Assembly: GCA_026395855.1 (NCBI GenBank)
Contig: JAPLXX010000046.1
Location: forward strand, 1-36,192
Direction: 5' to 3'
From: Candidatus Pacearchaeota archaeon
GTDB lineage: Archaea; Nanobdellota; Nanobdellia; Pacearchaeales; GW2011-AR1
DNA: 36,192 nt
Position 1 is the first letter of the stretch, and each line of letters begins with the position of its first letter. The notes below the pieces were generated by a model that made no database searches, had not been told where the DNA came from, and saw only the letters and a list, made by a program, of their open reading frames with translations. Below are positions 33,795-36,192 of the stretch, piece after piece. The translations under genes and the position numbers were made by a program.

Positions 33795-34406
33795 ATGGAA
33801 AACAAAAAGACGAAAATACTTGCAATAGGCGATATTCATGGAGACACGGGTCTTGTAAAAAGATTAGCTGAAAGAGCAAAAAAAGAATCTGTCGATATTA
33901 TTATCCTCGCAGGAGATTTGACAATGGCAGAGCAGTCTATAGAAAATATAGTTGGTCCTCTGGTAAGCACAAAAAAGCAGGTTCTTCTTATTCCAGGAAA
34001 TCATGAATCAGCTGCAACAATAGATTTTCTTTCAAAAATGTACGGAGCAAAGAATCTGCATGGTTATGGAATGAGAATAGGGGATTTGGGAATTTTCGGT
34101 GCAGGCACGGCAAATATGGGACCTCATTCTATAGGAGAATCAGGCATTGCAAAGCTTCTAAAAAAAGCGCATGGAGAAGTAAAAGATGCTAAAAGAAAAG
34201 TTATGGTAACGCATATTCATCATGCAGGAAGCAAATCAGAAATGTTTGGATTTAAAGGCTCAAAAGCTGTCAGAAAAGCTTTGGAAGAATTTCAGCCAGA
34301 TGTTCACATAAGCTCGCATATCCATGAAGCAGGCAGCATGGAAGAAAAATTCGGCAAGACATTGGTGATAAATGTGTCAAAGAAAGAGAAGATTTTTGAG
34401 ATTTAA
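33795..34406 (+). CDS. calcineurin-like metallophosphoesterase
   Basis: 203-aa ORF with GDIHGD, LAGDL and PGNHES motifs in the canonical order. Confidence 0.8.
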   Translation: MENKKTKILAIGDIHGDTGLVKRLAERAKKESVDIIILAGDLTMAEQSIENIVGPLVSTKKQVLLIPGNHESAATIDFLSKMYGAKNLHGYGMRIGDLGIFGAGTANMGPHSIGESGIAKLLKKAHGEVKDAKRKVMVTHIHHAGSKSEMFGFKGSKAVRKALEEFQPDVHISSHIHEAGSMEEKFGKTLVINVSKKEKIFEI

Positions 34407-34408
34407 AC

Positions 34409-36192
34409 ATGAGAAAAAAACGAGAAAAAACAATGGCAGAGGCAACCGCAGAGGAGTTTTTCCCTGTTGAAAAAAGAGATTTGAATTATGCTGTTGAAAA
34501 ACCATTCAAGCAGGTAGACCCTGGCTCTTTAATAACCATAGAAAAACAAGGAGAACCTGCTGTTAAAAAAACTTCCAGAGTGAAATCACTTAAAAAAAAG
34601 CTTGCTAAAACTAAAACAAAAAAAACCAAAACAGCAAAGCTTTCAAAAAGCTCAAAGATTAATTCCTATGAGCCTAAAAAAGTTAGCCTAAAAGCAGGAG
34701 GCTATGAGCTTGTTATTACAGAAAAGCCACAGGCAGCTTTGAAAATAGCTTCTGCTTTGGGAAAATCTGTAAAAAGAGATGTTCATGGGGTTCCTTATTA
34801 TGAGGTAGACAGAGATGGAAGAAAAATAGTTGTTGCATGCGCTGTCGGCCATCTTTTCACTTTAGCCCAGGTTTCTTCAGGAGCTATTGTTCCGACTTTT
34901 GACATAAAATGGGTTCCTAATTATATTGCAAAAGATAAAGATTTCAGCAAAAAATATTATGATGTTCTTGTAAAGCTTGTAAAAGACGCAAGCTCTCTGA
35001 CAGTTGCGACAGATTATGATATAGAAGGAGAAGTAATTGGCTGGAATGTAGTAAGATTTATCGGAAACCAAAAAGATGCTTCAAGAATGAAATACTCAAC
35101 TCTCACAGACAAAGAGCTGAATGACTCTTATGAGAATAAACTTGCAACTCTTGACTGGGGCCAGGCAATTGCAGGAGAAACAAGGCATTATCTTGACTGG
35201 TTTTACGGAATAAATCTTTCAAGAGCATTAATGAATGCTATAAAATCTACTGGGAAATTCAAAATAATGTCAATTGGTCGTGTGCAAGGTCCTGCATTAA
35301 ATTTAATAGTTGAAAAAGAAAAGCAAATCCTAAGTTTCAAGCCTGTTCCATACTGGCAGGTTTTTATTACACTTGAAAATCCTAAAATAGAACTAATCCA
35401 TAATCATGACATTTTCAAAAAAAGCGAACTCTCGAAATTTGAAAATCTAAAAGGAAAAATAGCTGATGTTGAAACAACAAAGAAAACTCAGGAAATTCCA
35501 CCAAATCCTCCTTTTAATCTCACAACATTGCAGACAGAATCATACAGACTTTTTGGAATAAACCCTGCAAAAACCCTGCAATTAGCGCAAAGCCTTTATC
35601 TTGCAGGATTAATATCTTATCCTAGAACATCTAGCCAGAAACTCCCTCCTGCTATAGATTACAATGAAATTCTGAAAAAACTTGCATCAAAATATGGCGC
35701 TGAAAAACTTTTGAAAAGAAAAACACCTATTGAGGGAAAAAAGACAGATCCTGCACATCCTTCTATATATCCTACAGGAAACTTTGGCGTAACAGGCGAG
35801 GATGAAAGAAAAATTTATGATTTAATAGTCAAAAGATTTCTCGCTCTGTTCTGCGAAGATGCTGTTCTTGAAAACAAGACTATAACAGCAGAGGTTGAAG
35901 TGAAAGAAAAAAATGTTAACAAAGAAAATGTTAATAATAAAAACGATGTTAATAATAAACTGGTTTCTACCAATAATAAACTCTCTTCGGGGCGGGAGGG
36001 TAGGGAAATAGACAAATTAATCTTTGTAAAAAAAGGCTCTTGTGTTGAAAACCCTGGCTGGATGAAAATATATCCTATAAAAATGCCAGATGAGCATCTT
36101 CCAGATGTAAATGGAAAAATAAAAATCTCAGAGCTGAATATTGTTGAAAAAGAAACTCAGGCGCCAAAAAGATTTTCACCAGCTTCTCTTGT
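34409..36192 (+). CDS. topA: type IA DNA topoisomerase, 5'-partial within the window (runs off the end)
   Basis: The frame is open from the ATG at 34409 to the window end. It is absent from the ORF track, probably because no stop codon falls inside the window. Toprim Glu (LVITEKP), DxD (ATDYDIEGE) and the catalytic-Tyr motif GLISYPRTSS are present. It is preceded by a Lys-rich extension of about 95 aa. Confidence 0.88.
   Translation, partial: MRKKREKTMAEATAEEFFPVEKRDLNYAVEKPFKQVDPGSLITIEKQGEPAVKKTSRVKSLKKKLAKTKTKKTKTAKLSKSSKINSYEPKKVSLKAGGYELVITEKPQAALKIASALGKSVKRDVHGVPYYEVDRDGRKIVVACAVGHLFTLAQVSSGAIVPTFDIKWVPNYIAKDKDFSKKYYDVLVKLVKDASSLTVATDYDIEGEVIGWNVVRFIGNQKDASRMKYSTLTDKELNDSYENKLATLDWGQAIAGETRHYLDWFYGINLSRALMNAIKSTGKFKIMSIGRVQGPALNLIVEKEKQILSFKPVPYWQVFITLENPKIELIHNHDIFKKSELSKFENLKGKIADVETTKKTQEIPPNPPFNLTTLQTESYRLFGINPAKTLQLAQSLYLAGLISYPRTSSQKLPPAIDYNEILKKLASKYGAEKLLKRKTPIEGKKTDPAHPSIYPTGNFGVTGEDERKIYDLIVKRFLALFCEDAVLENKTITAEVEVKEKNVNKENVNNKNDVNNKLVSTNNKLSSGREGREIDKLIFVKKGSCVENPGWMKIYPIKMPDEHLPDVNGKIKISELNIVEKETQAPKRFSPASL

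Noticed and set aside
35890-36000. Short DNA repeats (aatgttaa / gttaataataaa) that could suggest a tandem or CRISPR-like array.
   Set aside because: They are imperfect, lie in-frame inside the topoisomerase ORF and encode an Asn/Lys low-complexity insert. There is no repeat-spacer periodicity.

Overview
This is a compact, visibly AT-rich archaeal window. All coordinates, alignments and RNA folds below were done by hand, with no database or folding software.

The archaeal assignment rests on archaeal-type PheRS alpha and beta, RFC small and large subunits, FEN1, family-B DNA polymerase, TFS, ribosomal protein L41e, Cdc48/VCP, a Sec11-type signal peptidase, and an intron-containing tRNA. Small proteins, overlapping stop/start codons and many tiny membrane ORFs suggest a reduced, DPANN-like genome; that lineage call is an inference.

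Most of the window is housekeeping. It holds a loose replication and repair cluster (nth, rfcS, rfcL, a HerA-like ATPase, fen, polB, 5'-partial topA). It also holds purB/purA, map, trm5, a NOL1/NOP2/Sun methyltransferase and four tRNA genes.

The most unusual signal is non-coding: a family of GC-richer, hairpin-forming repeats.
- A 26-nt core, CCAAGCATGGACGAAGCTGCGGCGAG, is identical upstream of tRNA-Gln(CUG) and tRNA-Glu(CUC).
- A diverged copy precedes tRNA-Lys(CUU).
- Further degenerate copies occur as inverted pairs, one pair flanking tRNA-Gln and one flanking a 65-aa ORF.
- tRNA-Thr(GGU) has no copy.

Other RNA-level oddities:
- tRNA-Glu has a roughly 124-nt, highly structured intron at the canonical 37/38 site, plus about 70 nt of extra GC-rich leader.
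- tRNA-Lys is preceded by an exact 13-nt duplicate of its own 5' end.

Two small genes missing from the ORF track were found: rpl41e, and a 52-aa CxxC zinc-ribbon protein. No CRISPR array, rRNA, transposase or integrase was seen.
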